Of a stretch of DNA of 47,952 bases, positions 24,131 through 38,278 are shown piece after piece. The notes under the pieces were generated by a model. That model was not told the DNA's origin and ran no database searches. It saw only the letters and a program-made list of their open reading frames with translations. The stretch comes from Catajapyx aquilonaris (taxonomy: Eukaryota), in NCBI GenBank assembly GCA_000934665.2, contig KZ538162.1, positions 62,001 through 109,952 of the forward strand, written 5' to 3'. How positions within the stretch are numbered: the first letter of the stretch is position 1; each line of letters begins with the position of its first letter. Made by a program: the position numbers and the translations under genes.

Positions 24131-27100
24131 GAAGGACCCAGCTCCGGCCTGTTGATTCAGACATAACTGCCAAGTCAAAGTTCTCTACGGCTTCCGAAAC
24201 GTTTCTTGGATCACTAGACTAATATTTGCATTCTGCCAAGGACAAAGCATCGCGATAACACTTATGAAGCGAACCATCTCTAAGAGCCACTGCTGCCTGC
24301 TGAATAAAAACCAGGGAGGAGGACCTTCCAAACATTCCGGTTATAACTCTTTTCACGGCTCTTTTTAACCGGGTCCTAAAACTCCACTTGGAAGCGATAC
24401 AAGGCTCGCTTCTAGGCCATTCCCCTGCTACTGCTACTACTGCCCCTCTCCTCAACTTGGCTCCTTTTTCCGTCCTCTCTCGATATGGAGGAAAGAGCTG
24501 GTAATTAAACAGTCCAACGAACAGTGCTTCCACTTTCCAGTGGTTACTGCGTGCCGACCACAAATGATTCAGTTTGTCTGTTTCAAAAGCGCCTTCCCCG
24601 CACTGCCCCCAACCACAACCGTAGGGATGAGCATGGAGATTCGCCGAGGAAACAGAGGCTCGCTCAGACAATACGAATGGCAGTGCATCCGACTGGAACA
24701 CAGAATGCTCCCGTACCCAGCATCCCAATACACTACATTTTTCAAGGATACACTTTTTGGGGGGAGGGTTATTAACATTTTTGGAAGTGTAAGGTCGTGA
24801 AGAGAGGAAGCAGCTATAAACACGAAGGCCTCTGGGAAGTGGAAAGCACACTTGCGCCTTCTTTTTCCCCAAGAAAATTCGCTATTACTACACCGTCTGG
24901 GAAGCAAGCTTGTAGTTCAAGTGCACGAAAAAGTGCAAGTCGAGAGTCGTTACGCTGTTATTTTCCCACACAATATTGCCACCAAACACGCAGGGTCTTT
25001 ATCTCCCGAAGTTAATCCCATAATATGTTCCGTTACTTAATTTCCGTCTAAACACCCTCCGAGATATCTGCAGACTTAGGCCCGAGTTTACGGCACTTTA
25101 CAGTTTTCATGCCACGGGGTAGATACGCTTCTCGTGGGAGTAAAATACAAAGGACAATACTCGTAAAATGCGGAGTATATTACTTGTATACAGTCAGCAT
25201 GCACTGTAGTCCGTTTATCTATCCCCGAAATGCAGGTTCAACAAACCTGTACAGTAAACTTGATCATCTTGCATGTGTATGGTCAGTGTGGCCAAGTCGG
25301 AATCTTGCTCATTGCTCAGGTACAGTGTTGGACATTAATCGCGTCATACTGCTTGCGACATTTTTTTTGATGCGGCAGAAGTGCAAATCAAAGTGGTAGA
25401 GTGTGAGCCTTGCGTGTAAGAAGAGGAAGGCCTTGAGTGACGTCACCGGCTGTGGGGACAATGGAGCCAGTGACGTCCCCCAAGGGCTATCATTTCTTAC
25501 TCGCACGGCTCGCACTCTATCACTTCGATTTACACGTCTGCCGCATCGGGAAATGTCGCTAGCAGTATGATGGAATTAATGTCCAGCACTGTACTATACA
25601 CAGGACAAAATTATGTGATCGCCTGTTCCCATATTACTACAGTTCTAACATTGTTTCTTGTTGGTCGAAATAGTTGCTAGTTTTCACCCTCTAGAAAGAA
25701 AATCCTGCTTTTTTCCCCCCGTTTTTTTGTTTTGCTTTTTTTGAGGTCGTTCTTAACCTGCTCACTGGCCCAAAAAGTGCCCCCTCGCAGCCCTGAAACT
25801 GCAATCAGGCGAGACAATCGTCGATCTGCAGCTCGCCTGGGACTCCGTAAATTTCGGAGGTAAACACACTGCACCTGAGGTGGTGGCATTAAGCCGGCGC
25901 ACACAGCTACTTTTACTCCAAATGCACGGCTCAAATGCAGAGCATGTAATCAGGCGCAAAGATAAATACGAGGAATTAAATCTATATGGCGAAGGCAGCC
26001 AGAGGAGATCCGAGGGCGAAAACCCGGGGCCAAAGGGACACCACAGGGGACCACTCCGGGGAGTGTTTGTCGATCGAAGCCCCCGGAATTAGTAGGCTAG
26101 TCCGGCACATGGACCTAAATTCCAGTCTCTCTGGCACACAAGCTCACACCCTGGTTTTCCGCTCGGAAAACCCGGCGGCCAAGTGAGCGCGGCATCGCCC
26201 TAAACTTTGCATGTCATATTATAGCCCCCTCCCCCCCCCCCTGCCCACCCCCTTTTACTCTAAGGGTTCGGTCAGAGCGTTAAATCTGATTGCAAATGTC
26301 CTCCCCCGTCCGGACGCATCACATACAATCAATATGGCGAGGAATCACGTGACTCTCGATGAGTCCTTGCACGCCATGTGATATGCAACTGGGGCATAAA
26401 TGTCATGACCTGATGCCAGATTGGGCCAAGAGGTATGTGTCCAGGTTGTCCCGTTTGTTTATGACATCCAAAAAACCCATACACGGAATGTGCGTTAGAG
26501 GACAACCTTTAGGTGGCTTAGGAATTAAAAATTATGTATAGTCAAATGATGACCCATCTTCTGCAGAAATGGGTTTTTCCTCCGGACACTACAAGCTAAG
26601 AGGATAAGAGCTTCCTGGACTTAATTACCCTGACTTCTCGCGGGAGTTTTTCATTTTCTTCGGTCATGCTTCGCGTCGCTTGCTTTATTCTACACTCATA
26701 ACTCATAACAATGCAAAAAGGACCAACCGGAGGAAGGTGATTTAAAATGATAACTAGTACCAACGGAAAAGTCGGATGAGAGCCCAAAATTTGTTGGGTG
26801 TTATAATCAACTGTGGTGATTGATTTCTAGAGAAGCTCACTTGGTAGGCCATGGACCCTTCCTAGCTATAGCATCTACAATTTGCGGCTGGAATTTACGT
26901 CGTCCGAGGGGGGCGCCCCTGAAAAAAAGCCATTTCAAGTGTGCGACGCTGCCGTCACCCAAATTTGATCGAATTTGGAGTCTTTTGGCGACAAAAGGCG
27001 CTGAAGGGCACACGCCCGCTGGTGGGTCCTGATACGATTTATTCCCAAATAAAGCAGAGTGACATGTGCGTCTGACAGCCGTAAAGTCCGGTCCCAAGAA

Positions 27101-27629
27101 TTTTTCCGAATTTTGGCACCCCAAAAATGGTCAGCCAACTCGCTTTCCCCAGATTCTCTCTTTATAGGTCCAATTTGTCCTCCCAGGGTTTTTTTGTTGT
27201 TTTTTTGTTCCCACAGTGCGTTCCCACATTTTCCGCTCTGGAATTTCCAGTCCATCTGCTGCACGGGATGACCTAGTCCTATCCCCCCAAAAAATCCCGA
27301 CTCAAATCGCACCAACTCATCTCTATCAAGGTTGGACGTTACAGGCACGTCCTCCATTTCAAATCATAGCTGGTCCTCCACTGCACCTCAATTACACACG
27401 ACCCATACCCTTCAAATATGAGCTCCAACATTGCATTCCTCCCTCTAAAAACATGTCTGTCTGCACATCAACACTGCCAGAAGCTCGAGCAGTGCTAACT
27501 ATTTTGTGTGACATATGCATATAGTGGGGTATCCATTTGTTTGAAATATCCCCTGGACCCTGGAAAGTACTGCATGGGATTTTGTAGAGTTGCCAGACGC
27601 AAATGGAACCTGAAATTCTCACCTGGCAT

Positions 27630-27687
27630 ATGTACACTCTTAACCATTTACCCTCTCTAGAGAAGGTAAATGGTTAAGAGTGTACAT
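27630..27687. repeat. 58-bp loop-less palindrome (one mismatch)
   Basis: ATGTACACTCTTAACCATTTACC-c-TCTCTAGAGA-a-GGTAAATGGTTAAGAGTGTACAT. Confidence 0.95.
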
Positions 27688-29380
27688 TTTTCTCCATGGT
27701 AAACATAAGGGGGCTTATATGAACCAAATTAGGCCCACTATAGGCTAGAATTCCAATAGTGTATATAGTCGAATGATCAGGAATGGAAAGTGGGGTGTGG
27801 GAGGGTTATTTTTTATCTCCTTCCACCTTGTCCTAGACTGGATCTGCCATCGCGAGTGACATTCGCCACTAACTCTCGCGCGGAAGAGTCGCAGCCATTT
27901 GACTCCGGGACGGTAGTGGAAGATAAGGGACTCTGCGAATAGGCCACCTACCCCCACCCCCTTCTTCTTACTTGTTCGCCTTGGCCCACCACTAAATCAA
28001 ATCCACGCTCCAATCCCCCCTTTTTCCTTACTCTTCTCCCGGAAATTGACAAGAGAAGCTTCCCCGCTCGAGGGGTCCAAACCACAAGCCTTCTTTCCAA
28101 TGGAGCACCTAATGATTCACTTTCATCCAGATCGGAACTGAAGATGAATATTGCGAATGGACTCCCCAAATGAAATTTCACCACCTATTTTTACAGGTAC
28201 GTCCCCCCCTCTTCCGACCTTAGTTCACAATGGTGCTAGCAAAATAGCAATTAGGGAGCGATACCAGCACCGGCTCATTCAAAAATAAATCGGGGGGAGT
28301 CATCCAAAAAGTTTTGCTAGGGCTTATACGTGGTGCTCAACGACTATCGTCCAATTCCCCTAGCCTGAGCCTCCTGGGCCGCATTTTCCAAAGCGCATTT
28401 GGGAACCCCAGGTTCCACCAATTTGCCCAGTTATTCTGGCGGGGAGGTTAGGCGCTTGATGAGGGACTCTACCCTTCCCTTTTGTTTAACGTGCTAACCA
28501 ATCTGGCTGCCAAGACAAATATTTTAATGAAATACGGCGCGCGGTTTTGATAATTGGGTTTCTGTATACCGGACTCCCCGGAGTACTTCATGCATGTATG
28601 CTGCTCTAGGAGCGAGGGGATATCCGGAATAAGTGGGAGCGAAAACTATGGGCCCAGGTTACCGTATAAGCAACAAGATTTGTCCTTGTAATCCCTTATA
28701 ATCACAGGCTACCTGTGAGTAGTAATCCAATCATGCCCGCAAGAAGTACATGGTGAAACACAAAGTGAATCCAATTACACCTGGGAAATTGATCCCCACC
28801 TCTGTACAAAATAATCCAAAAGTTGCTCTTTTGCGCAAGTACCCAGCACTTAATAAGGTGCACAAATATGCACAGGGAATATTTTACAAACTGAACAAAG
28901 TACTTGAAGCCTATGTTGGAATTTTCCGAGCTAGCTTGTGAATATGCACCTAATAGGCTATTAATGTAAATGTGCACTGTAACAGTGTTACGCGTGTTTG
29001 ATTACATTAGCAATCCAGATGGTTTTTCCCCCACATGGGTTGAAAAAGGTTAGTTGAAAAAAAAATATTTTGGACGCACATTCCATTTTTTATTTATTTT
29101 TTACAAATGCACTTCAGATCTAGCCAGCTTGTTATTCATATATGGACGGATAAGCATGCTACAGTTAAATGCGTCATGTTCCCAGTGATTCACAGCCCCA
29201 CTTGAAACCAACTGGTATGTGCATGAAATGTAGCATACAAATATGCTAATATTTGGCTCTAAAATAAGTAAATAACCATATATAATGCGCGGTATTATTA
29301 TGCGTGAATCATGATAACAACAACAATGGATTATAGTAAATGGAAGGACCATGAGTAAGAATATATAATTATATCCATAG

Positions 29381-29439
29381 TCCAACCAAAAAATACACAT
29401 GCCAATAATTATTATTGGCATGTGTATTTTTTGGTTGGA
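29381..29439. repeat. 59-bp perfect palindrome (29-bp arms, 1-nt centre)
   Basis: TCCAACCAAAAAATACACATGCCAATAAT-t-ATTATTGGCATGTGTATTTTTTGGTTGGA. Confidence 0.95.
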
Positions 29440-32400
29440 TTATTATGGACAATAAATGCCTGCATTAATGCTCATTACGATTGAAGCATATGTGCTACCG
29501 GTGTCACTTGAATTTTCTTGCATCCTCCCCCATATTTAATAATTCAAACGTGGCTTATCCCAAGTTGAAGCGGCTCTGCAACGTTCCTTTCCAGCCTCCC
29601 AAAACAGCCTCCCAATCAAAAACCAGTTCCGACGCCACAGGTTGCACGTCATAATAGATATAAGCCCATACAGGATAGGACTTTGAAGTTTGTATTGCAC
29701 ACGGAGGAGACCACCGCGCACAGGCTAGAATACTAAAGCAGCTTCCAATCCACTGCCAAGTCTTGTGTCTGAACCATCTATATACATACACACACCGTGA
29801 AACTAATACAAATTCAATCCCGACCTCCTCTTTTTTTTTACCTAAATGGAAAAAGCCTGTATGCGTAATAATGCACTCTGAGACGAAAAAGCAAAAGTTG
29901 AGCGCCCAAGTCATTTCACCTTGATGCAATTGTCCTGATTTGAAGGAGGCCACCGTCCCACGCGACTCGTTCTTGCTTTTCGCCAAAGCATATATACCCT
30001 CGTCTTACTAGGTTGCCTGCTTCCGCCGACAAGACGGGAGACGCACCACTTTGCATGGAAATGTTGCGAAACCAAGACTCCCAACTTTGTCATTAAAACT
30101 CCTTCCGATTCTTTCAGAAGAAGAAAAGAGGTAGGAGAAAGAAGGATGAAAGTGAGACTCTTTCCTTGAATTTAAGAGAGTCGTATACGAGTGCATTAGC
30201 ACCCTCTAGGCTGCCAAAGTCACACAAAAAAGTAGGAGTCTGATTAGCGATAGGAATGTGTGGAAGTCTTAAAAAAAATTGTGAGGCTATAGGTGGTAAA
30301 AGTCCACATGGCAACCGCCATCAGACAAGTTTACAGAACCGCTCCAACACCACCATTTCCCCTAATTAAAACAACCCTGAACCTGGCCCCAAGCCCGTGC
30401 CCAATGAAACAGAGCCTAAAGGCATCTCTGTCGATGTTTCATCCCAACACCTGGGCCTAATGAACATGGGAGGCACCATTCATCAAAAAAGCACGATATT
30501 ACTTACTTTTTCTAACCATTTTTTTGATACAAAGACGTTTGGAAAATAGTCCTCCGCCCCTCCCCCGCCAGCTACATGAAAAACGTGTCTCAGTTCCGGG
30601 GTGATTAACAGTCTAGAATCTGATGAGCTAGCCTAGGGCATATCCATTCAACCAATTTTCACTCTATCAATTACAATCAGGCTCAGAAAATTTACCGCAT
30701 TCAAAAATAGCGCCTAATCCTAATTACAAGCGTCAAGATGGAGATGCTAGCTTGTTGACCCCCAGAGGGGTAGGTGGAAGTAACAAAAAGAGATCCTCCA
30801 GCAGGGCGATAATGAGATGGCCAAAGGACCCGGCCGTACGAGACCAATTACTACATCATAAATGGCTACCTTTATCCCAACTGCCCACCTATACTCACCC
30901 TTCCCTCTCGCTGTTCATTATGCAGATGGGAAGCTCGCAGGCTTTGACTCTAGGGCGGGCTTGAGCCTACTCAAAAGCCCCGAGGTCTGTTCACCCCCTC
31001 CTACCCACCCTCTACGGTTACGCTCTGCTCAACACGTAGCTTGATCAAAAGGTTAAGCCAAAACAGGGTTCAAATCAGCAAGCAACATAATATACGCACT
31101 CCTACACAACACCTCAATATATAAGATATTTTTAGGAACCAGAAAAAGCACTAATTACATGTCCAAACCCTAGAACCCAATACTCTAATGGGCAATTCCC
31201 AACCGGAAATTTACGACTCCCAATAAGATCTTTCCCCCTCCCCCAAAAACACAAAGTGGCCCCCATGTGCCTCCGCACGCGCAAATGAAACTTCCCGCCA
31301 ACTGAGGAGTAAATATAAGCAGTTGTGTCGGCACAATGCGCTGTATTTACCCAGCGATTCATGGTTTTGTTCCCTCCAGTTCTTGGGCCATGCGTCTGCA
31401 GACTTCTCAAACACAATTTGAGAGGGGGGGAGGGGGGGGAGGAGCTCATTTATGTCCCAGGCCGACTAGTCTTCATTATGCGACCCCCCTGACTTATATG
31501 TATAGGGGGATGGGGGGTTTGAATATACTGGAGGGGTCACTCTGGACCACGTGTGGAGATGCCTTGGAGGAAAAGTTATGGGGGACCTCCCAGCAGGCCA
31601 ATTGCAAGTGGAGGAACTGGCGGAACATGGCTCCAGCTTCATTGTGCTCTTTTAACTAATGTTTCCTCATTCATTCTGGAGTTATATGGGCGCACATGTG
31701 AGATGATAGAGATATCACTCGCAACCATTTACACGTGTTCCATTCGAGGGTTTAGCAGCAGATGGTTCGTGCGACATAAATATTCAACCCCCCTCTTTTT
31801 TAAAATAAAAAAATGACAAACAAAGTGTATTTTAACCCCCCCCTCGCCTTTGTGTGCTTGAAGGACTATGGCTGTAGAGTGTAATGTTCCTGACGGCATT
31901 GCGGTTGAAACAGAAACTAAACTCTCCGCAACTAATAATTGAATATGAAATGTTATCCCATGGCTGTTGGAATTCTGGAAAATATGACCAGAATGGGGTA
32001 AAGCTGGCAGCCTTGTGGCTGCTTACTTCAGTTACACCAAAAGTCAATAAATTCACTAAACATATTTGTTTGCTCTCTGTTTAATGTATGATCCTCCTAC
32101 TCCCAGGTGCAGTATTTATCTACACTGTATGGCAGCACGGCTTTTCCGCAGTTTATTTTTAATCAGCCAGTTTCGCACTTGCGGCCTGAGGGATGAAAGG
32201 GTAATCATGACTAAGTTAAGTAATCCCTCGGTCGAGTGATGACTTTTTCATTCGGCCAGAAGGGAGGTGGCAACACCACCCTTTTTCCCTTCCCATGATA
32301 AAAAATAGTCACATATTACTACCGACAGTAGATGCAGCAGGAATTAGTACCCGGATTGGTCCCAGCATTCCTGAACAGGGGGGGGGGGGGGGGGGNNGGG

Positions 32401-35400
32401 GCTAATCCAAAATTAGGGTCATTATAATTCCCGAGCTATTTTTCCGCACAAAAGCCGGGTGGAAATGAGTTATTTAAGTGGTCCGGACACATGTGCTGCA
32501 CATGCCAAGAGGGAGTCAGTGAGTACTCAAATGTGAAAGACGAGACGGGCTTTGTGAAATGCTCTGGGTGGAATCTTGGGAGGGAATAAAGGGATTCTAC
32601 CAAGCTGGCCCTGTTCCTTTCCATTCATGCTGGAAGGCACGTGGTTCCACGGGCTAATTATGGTCCCGGGTTGAGATTACACCATGCCTGAATTATTAAC
32701 CTTCGGAGCAGTGCATTAGCGCTTCCCAGTCAGAGGAGAAACGCATAAACTGACATTCTATATACAGTGCTCTCTAGCCGACACCCTTTCTTTGCCCAAT
32801 TTCCTACAGTTGATTAAACACACGCTCTTCCGTCATATCAGTCCCCCTCTTCGCATTCCGGGAGACAGATTCCTCACCAGGAGCATATTAGCTGTCACCC
32901 CTGGGCCCAAACTAGCCGACAATTCCCACATGTCACACAACACCCTACCACAACCCATGTGATGGCTCGTCTTCCCCACCTAGATGTCCCCTCTTCGCCA
33001 TCTCCTGAAAGCTCTTCCGTTTCTCACCAAACCACTGGCTGGCCCCTTCCCCACCCTGCTTTTGGCTTTTTCCCCGGACCTACCTCATAAATCTCAAATC
33101 TTTTGACAGTCCCTCCTGCACCATCCTCCCTAGCTTCGTCGCTATGGATACACACTTTTCCACCTTCCAAAAACCCCTCCTGCACAACCCCTTTTTGTCA
33201 CAAATTAATTTTTTTCCAAACACTCCAACAGATGAAAACAAATGGAAAAGCTGAAGTGGTCCTCCCTGGATACCATCGCGGACAATCCCTATCATCTCTC
33301 CCGGTCCATTTAGGAAAGGTGGAACCGGCTTGAATTGCAGCCAGGCTTGGGAAAATCGGTGGACCAAAGTCTGGTTGGCAAAGGCGCTGGAGAAAAGATA
33401 GGCGGAATCGAGGAGACACCGGCCAATTCCATCGCTGTGGGAAATCATTTCGGGGGTTCCCCGATAGGTCCTCCCCCATCTCCCCCTACCATTGTCACTA
33501 ACGGACGATAGGATCCACTCTCCAATCCATTAGGGCTGGGGTCCGATGGGGGCCCTCAGGGGAGCCTTAAAATTATCAATTATTAGCCTGGGAGCTTGGT
33601 GGGCCGGCTGCAAAACCCGGACCCAGGCAAATGACTTTCCGCCACGTCTTCTCTTTCTCCCGGAGCAATTATTCACCGGCTAGCCAATGTCCGCCTCGCC
33701 AAGCACTCTAGGGCACTGCCTTTCTCGTATTAATTATCCACCTAATCGCCACAGGTGCTTTCAGAGTCAGCCCTGTGATGAATTTTCGGCTATAGGTCCG
33801 CCCCCTCACCTATAGCCAAAGCCTATAATGCCATCGATGAGGTAGTCAGCCTGAATGCGGTGTATTATGTCAACAATATCGCCGGCTTTTTATGTACTAA
33901 ATGCTGGGGCCGGAGGAACCTGATGGATTTGGCTGCGCTGCTTGGGAAGATGTATTTTGCATAACCGTAAAATAGCAGCGGTATTGAACTGCTTTCGCAC
34001 TGATGACTGCAATTGGAAAACTATAGTTGGCTCATACGTAAACAGAATCGGGGGCTGCTGAATTCGGTCTCTTGTCGTCAACCCTACTGTGTATATGTTT
34101 TTAAACAGTTCACTTCATGGGACCAGACACTGGTGAGATGGCTTTTAAAATAGAGTCACTAGTCTTGGGACACATTACCATAAAAATTCCACGAGTCCCC
34201 CCTCTCACACGCTTTCCTATAGCAATGTTTGGTCGGTATAAGCTAGGCAGCTTCCCCTGGACGCACCCTTCTTTCAAGTGGAAATGAAATAAAGCGCATT
34301 AGTGACATCCCTCTCCCGCCATATAAAACGCAATTGACGCAGGTTACAAGATTACTAGCATTGTCGGAAAAGGGAGGGGATCCAACCCCATTCTCTCCAC
34401 GCCACTCTTCCCACTTCGGCATGCATGTGTCCCAAATGTCAACTCTCATTCGTAATCAGTGTGAATCTGTCCAAAGCTGTGAACGTGTGACAACTCCCAG
34501 ATTTTCATACAGCCGTGTACATGTATATTTGGAGAAAATACAATAGAGTAACTCATGGGTGTCCAGCCAACTCTCCAAACTTTCCTTCTTCAGTATGCCC
34601 TCCACCATCTTCATCGATAGTATCCAGCCCCGTCAGCAGGGATGGCGACCGGAGACCGGAACTAAACCCAGCTTGAAGCAGGACCTACCAACTGGGCGTG
34701 TGTGATGAAAGTTTTGGTCCCCTTTTGAGAGAAGGTGGCGAACACAAGCCCCGAGTGTCCTAGCTTCGTCCCAGTTCCAATCCCAAACACGATGGCTTGT
34801 AAAGTTGGCGGACCGGCGGCTGTCTAGGCACCCAGGGGGAGAACCCATCCAGAGGAGAATTTCGATTTTGTCCTCCCATAGTCTCTCCCGCGCCTCCCAC
34901 CTCGCCAACCTCACCGGGTTTGGGTAAACAGTAGAACAAAATGAAAGCTTTATTGAAGTTGTCGACACGAAAAGAATAGTAAACATTCCTGTCCCCCGAC
35001 GAATATTTTCCGCCCGTTTGCCTTCGGAAAGGAGGAGTCGTTGGCGATAAAATCCAACTTGGCGACCCAAGAAGACGACCAGAAAAAAAATAGAAGAAGC
35101 CAGCTCTTTCACCACCAGCCTTTAAAATTACTGCTGCGACAAAAGAAGTCTACTGGCGCCTTTAAACTTTTCTCCTTCTTCCACCCAACTATTAAAGTAC
35201 CCGAGTAAGTCTCGCTCGTTGCAATTCCCTTGTGTCGTTCGTGCACAGAACTGAACCCTCTCCTTAAAAAAAGTGGTTATGATCCTCTTTCGTGATCCCT
35301 TACGCTATGCAAATAGGATGTGCGAGTTCCCTAACCTCCACTATTGTTATAATCAGACTATTTAAAAAAAAACCAGTGTGACTGTCCGATTTTGCAGTTG

Positions 35401-38244
35401 GAAAACCCACATCAATTTCGCAATACCAATGAATTGCACGTGGTGGTCGGTCGGTGATCCAAAACATCCACCGGAACCACCTAATCGATTTTCACCTATC
35501 TGAATGACCAGTATACGACTACACGGTTAGAATCGGGGCCGGCTCAGTGGTTACATACGTGTAAGGATACTAACCAAAATATTATTAAAATATATTTTTT
35601 TTTGCAAAATATCATAAGATGGCATGGAGGAAAACCGTGTCAGAGCATACAAGCGGCTTGATCGGGAAACTCATTTCCTCTCCACTATGCAAACCGACGT
35701 CCCGAAAGAGGAAATGGAGCGCCCAGTGACGAGTTGAAATTGAGTTACTGACGTTGGTCATATAGACGCAGTGCAAAATTAAACAGGCTGGGCCTACGCC
35801 CATAAACCATTGTGAAGGGAGAACCTTTTGTATAACCATATAAAAAAAAGTGTACGAGAGGGGATCATAATTATTCGGCAGACCGTTGTTTGGTTTACTA
35901 CAAACCACGTTGACGGCTTATAGGTACAACATATAGTACCACCCCTTTTCGAGCTGGTTCTAGGAACGAAAGCAGCTCCAGGGGACACAAAGTGCTTTCC
36001 AAAACGGACTCTAGCAGTTCCAGAGACGACCATGCGTGCAACGTAACAAAGATGGCTCGCGGCAAACCAAACTTATTCTTTCCATTTCGGTTTTTTTTTT
36101 TTTTCTACTGCCGTCTCTCGCTGCACTTTTTTTTTAGACGATGGTCCCTAAAAGAGCTGGAGGGAAGAGGATAAGCTTCCAAATTCAATAAAAGTTTTGG
36201 AACTAAGCTTCACCTAGCTGCTGTAAAAAAAAAAAGCGGTCAGAGGCAACCAAAAAGAGTCAAGTTATTTGTTATCCGTTGTGGTTGACTGTAACAAAAG
36301 TCGGCAAAATGCCTGAACAGCACGTTTCACTTTGCAAATTCAGTTTTCCCACCGGTGACCATATGAAAAGCAATACCGTGCATGACAAATGACTGGACAG
36401 GTCCGACTATGAAAATAAAATACGACCACTAATGGTACATAAAAATGAAGTCGTAAAAGTCGCGTCGAGTCCAAGCTCACTCTCTCTCGCCATTTTTTTT
36501 TTTTTACATGGGGGTTGAAAATCGTCAAAAAAGTTACAAACTCCCACCTACGGTGTGTGACCCAATATGCGGCTGGGTGTGACAATGATTACGAAAGCGA
36601 TTACAGCGTCGTCAACCCTCAAAAAAAGAGAGAAAAGAGTACCACAACATGTAACCTGGGGAGGGTCGAAAGACCCTAGGGGCAAGGTCCAAAATATGAG
36701 CAAGGAAGGATGCAAAAACGCATTTCGCCAACGTCGTCTGTCGATCATAAAAAAAACGAGGAAGGGAAGAAAAATCTCATAAAATCGATCGGCTGTCAGC
36801 GTGTAAAAATCATGCCATCAGCAACTTTGAGACCATCTCGTGAAAAAAAAAAAACCCTAGAATATTCTGGGAGGGCCTAACAGTGCACAGCCACAGGAAT
36901 ACGCCCTTCGTCTTGAAGGAAGGCAAAGTGATATTAGTCAAGTGCCGAGATTGACAAGCATCTGCCACTGATTTCTCTGGTGCCGTAGCTACGAAAAATA
37001 ATCTGCCAGTCAGCTTCATTCACGTCACTCACCTTTCATAGCCAACAAATGTGCTTAGGCAAACTTTTTTAGGCTATGTTCAAGCATCCAGGTTACATAC
37101 GTTATGTGCTTGTGTAATTGTGCAAAAAATTTGCTCTTATCGCTGCATACACCAGTGGCTTGGCTGGCCTGTACCTTTGTTATCAAAACTGCAGCGGTTA
37201 GTGTCCAGCAAAGATAAGGCTGGACATACATATGCCATGTGTTTCATCATACAGGAAGCTGAACGCTGAAGGCTCATTTTATGTAGATATATCCCCCCCC
37301 CCCCCAAATTCAGCTGGTAACATTATGAAACACCCTGTACACTCTGTCAGCATTGACCTGTCAAATTGGGCCCAACTTTTTTTTTTCCAGTTCTTTATCC
37401 TGGAGCCAGGTAGCGTCGCGAAAAAGTTGGAAGAAAACGGTCGGGCGTTTGTCACACCGGCTGCAGGAGAAACAGTCCTCCGGGTTGACTCTTTGGAAAA
37501 GAACCACTAATAAAAACAGGTTCTCCATCACTTTCAGGCGTTCCCGAAGCTGCACAACTCGGCAGCAAGTTGACACCAGAATCGAATCCGGAGAGAAACG
37601 TCAAAGAGTCTTGGAAAGGAAGGGATGAGCGCTTTATGTGCAATTTGTGCCCTCCCCTTGGCCTGACGTCTTTTGAAGGCCTGGACGTGACGCCCAAGAA
37701 ATGTCCTCAAGCACACGTCACCCGATGGTGCAACACAAAAATGGCCAAACTCCGTATATTTCCCATATTTTTTTTTTTGTTCAAAGACTGTCAGCAATGC
37801 GCAAAAACGTACATAGAGTTTCCCGGAGCTAGAAAACTGATTTCCGGCAATTTCCATCAAAAGTTGAAAAGGAGGGCACCCCTCCCTCCACCCCCCTAGA
37901 AACTTATTGTACATGACGGTTGTCAATTTCGGCGCGAAAGATGACGACGCTTCAGATTCGGCCGAGGCGCGTGCTGAGAAAAGAAGGACGCCCCAAAAAA
38001 GGCCTACTTTACATGGGAATGGCAGCCGTGCTTCCAAGTGCAATATTAACTCGCGGGCGCCCAGAAAAGAAAAAGGGTCCCCCGGATGGAAGCCATTTCC
38101 ATGCCTGGTGCACCTAGAGTTCACTATTTGCGCGCCTACCCCCCCTTTCCTTTAAAAAAAAATGGGGAGAAAAAGGAGGAACGGCAGCAATATGCAAATG
38201 CTTCGTGTATGCGTGTATAAAGTAAACTGGGCGAGATTGCAAGA

Positions 38245-38278
38245 GACCGGCAGGACCGTTATAACGGTCCTGCCGGTC
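38245..38278. repeat. 34-bp perfect palindrome
   Basis: GACCGGCAGGACCGTTA|TAACGGTCCTGCCGGTC, with no spacer. Confidence 0.95.
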
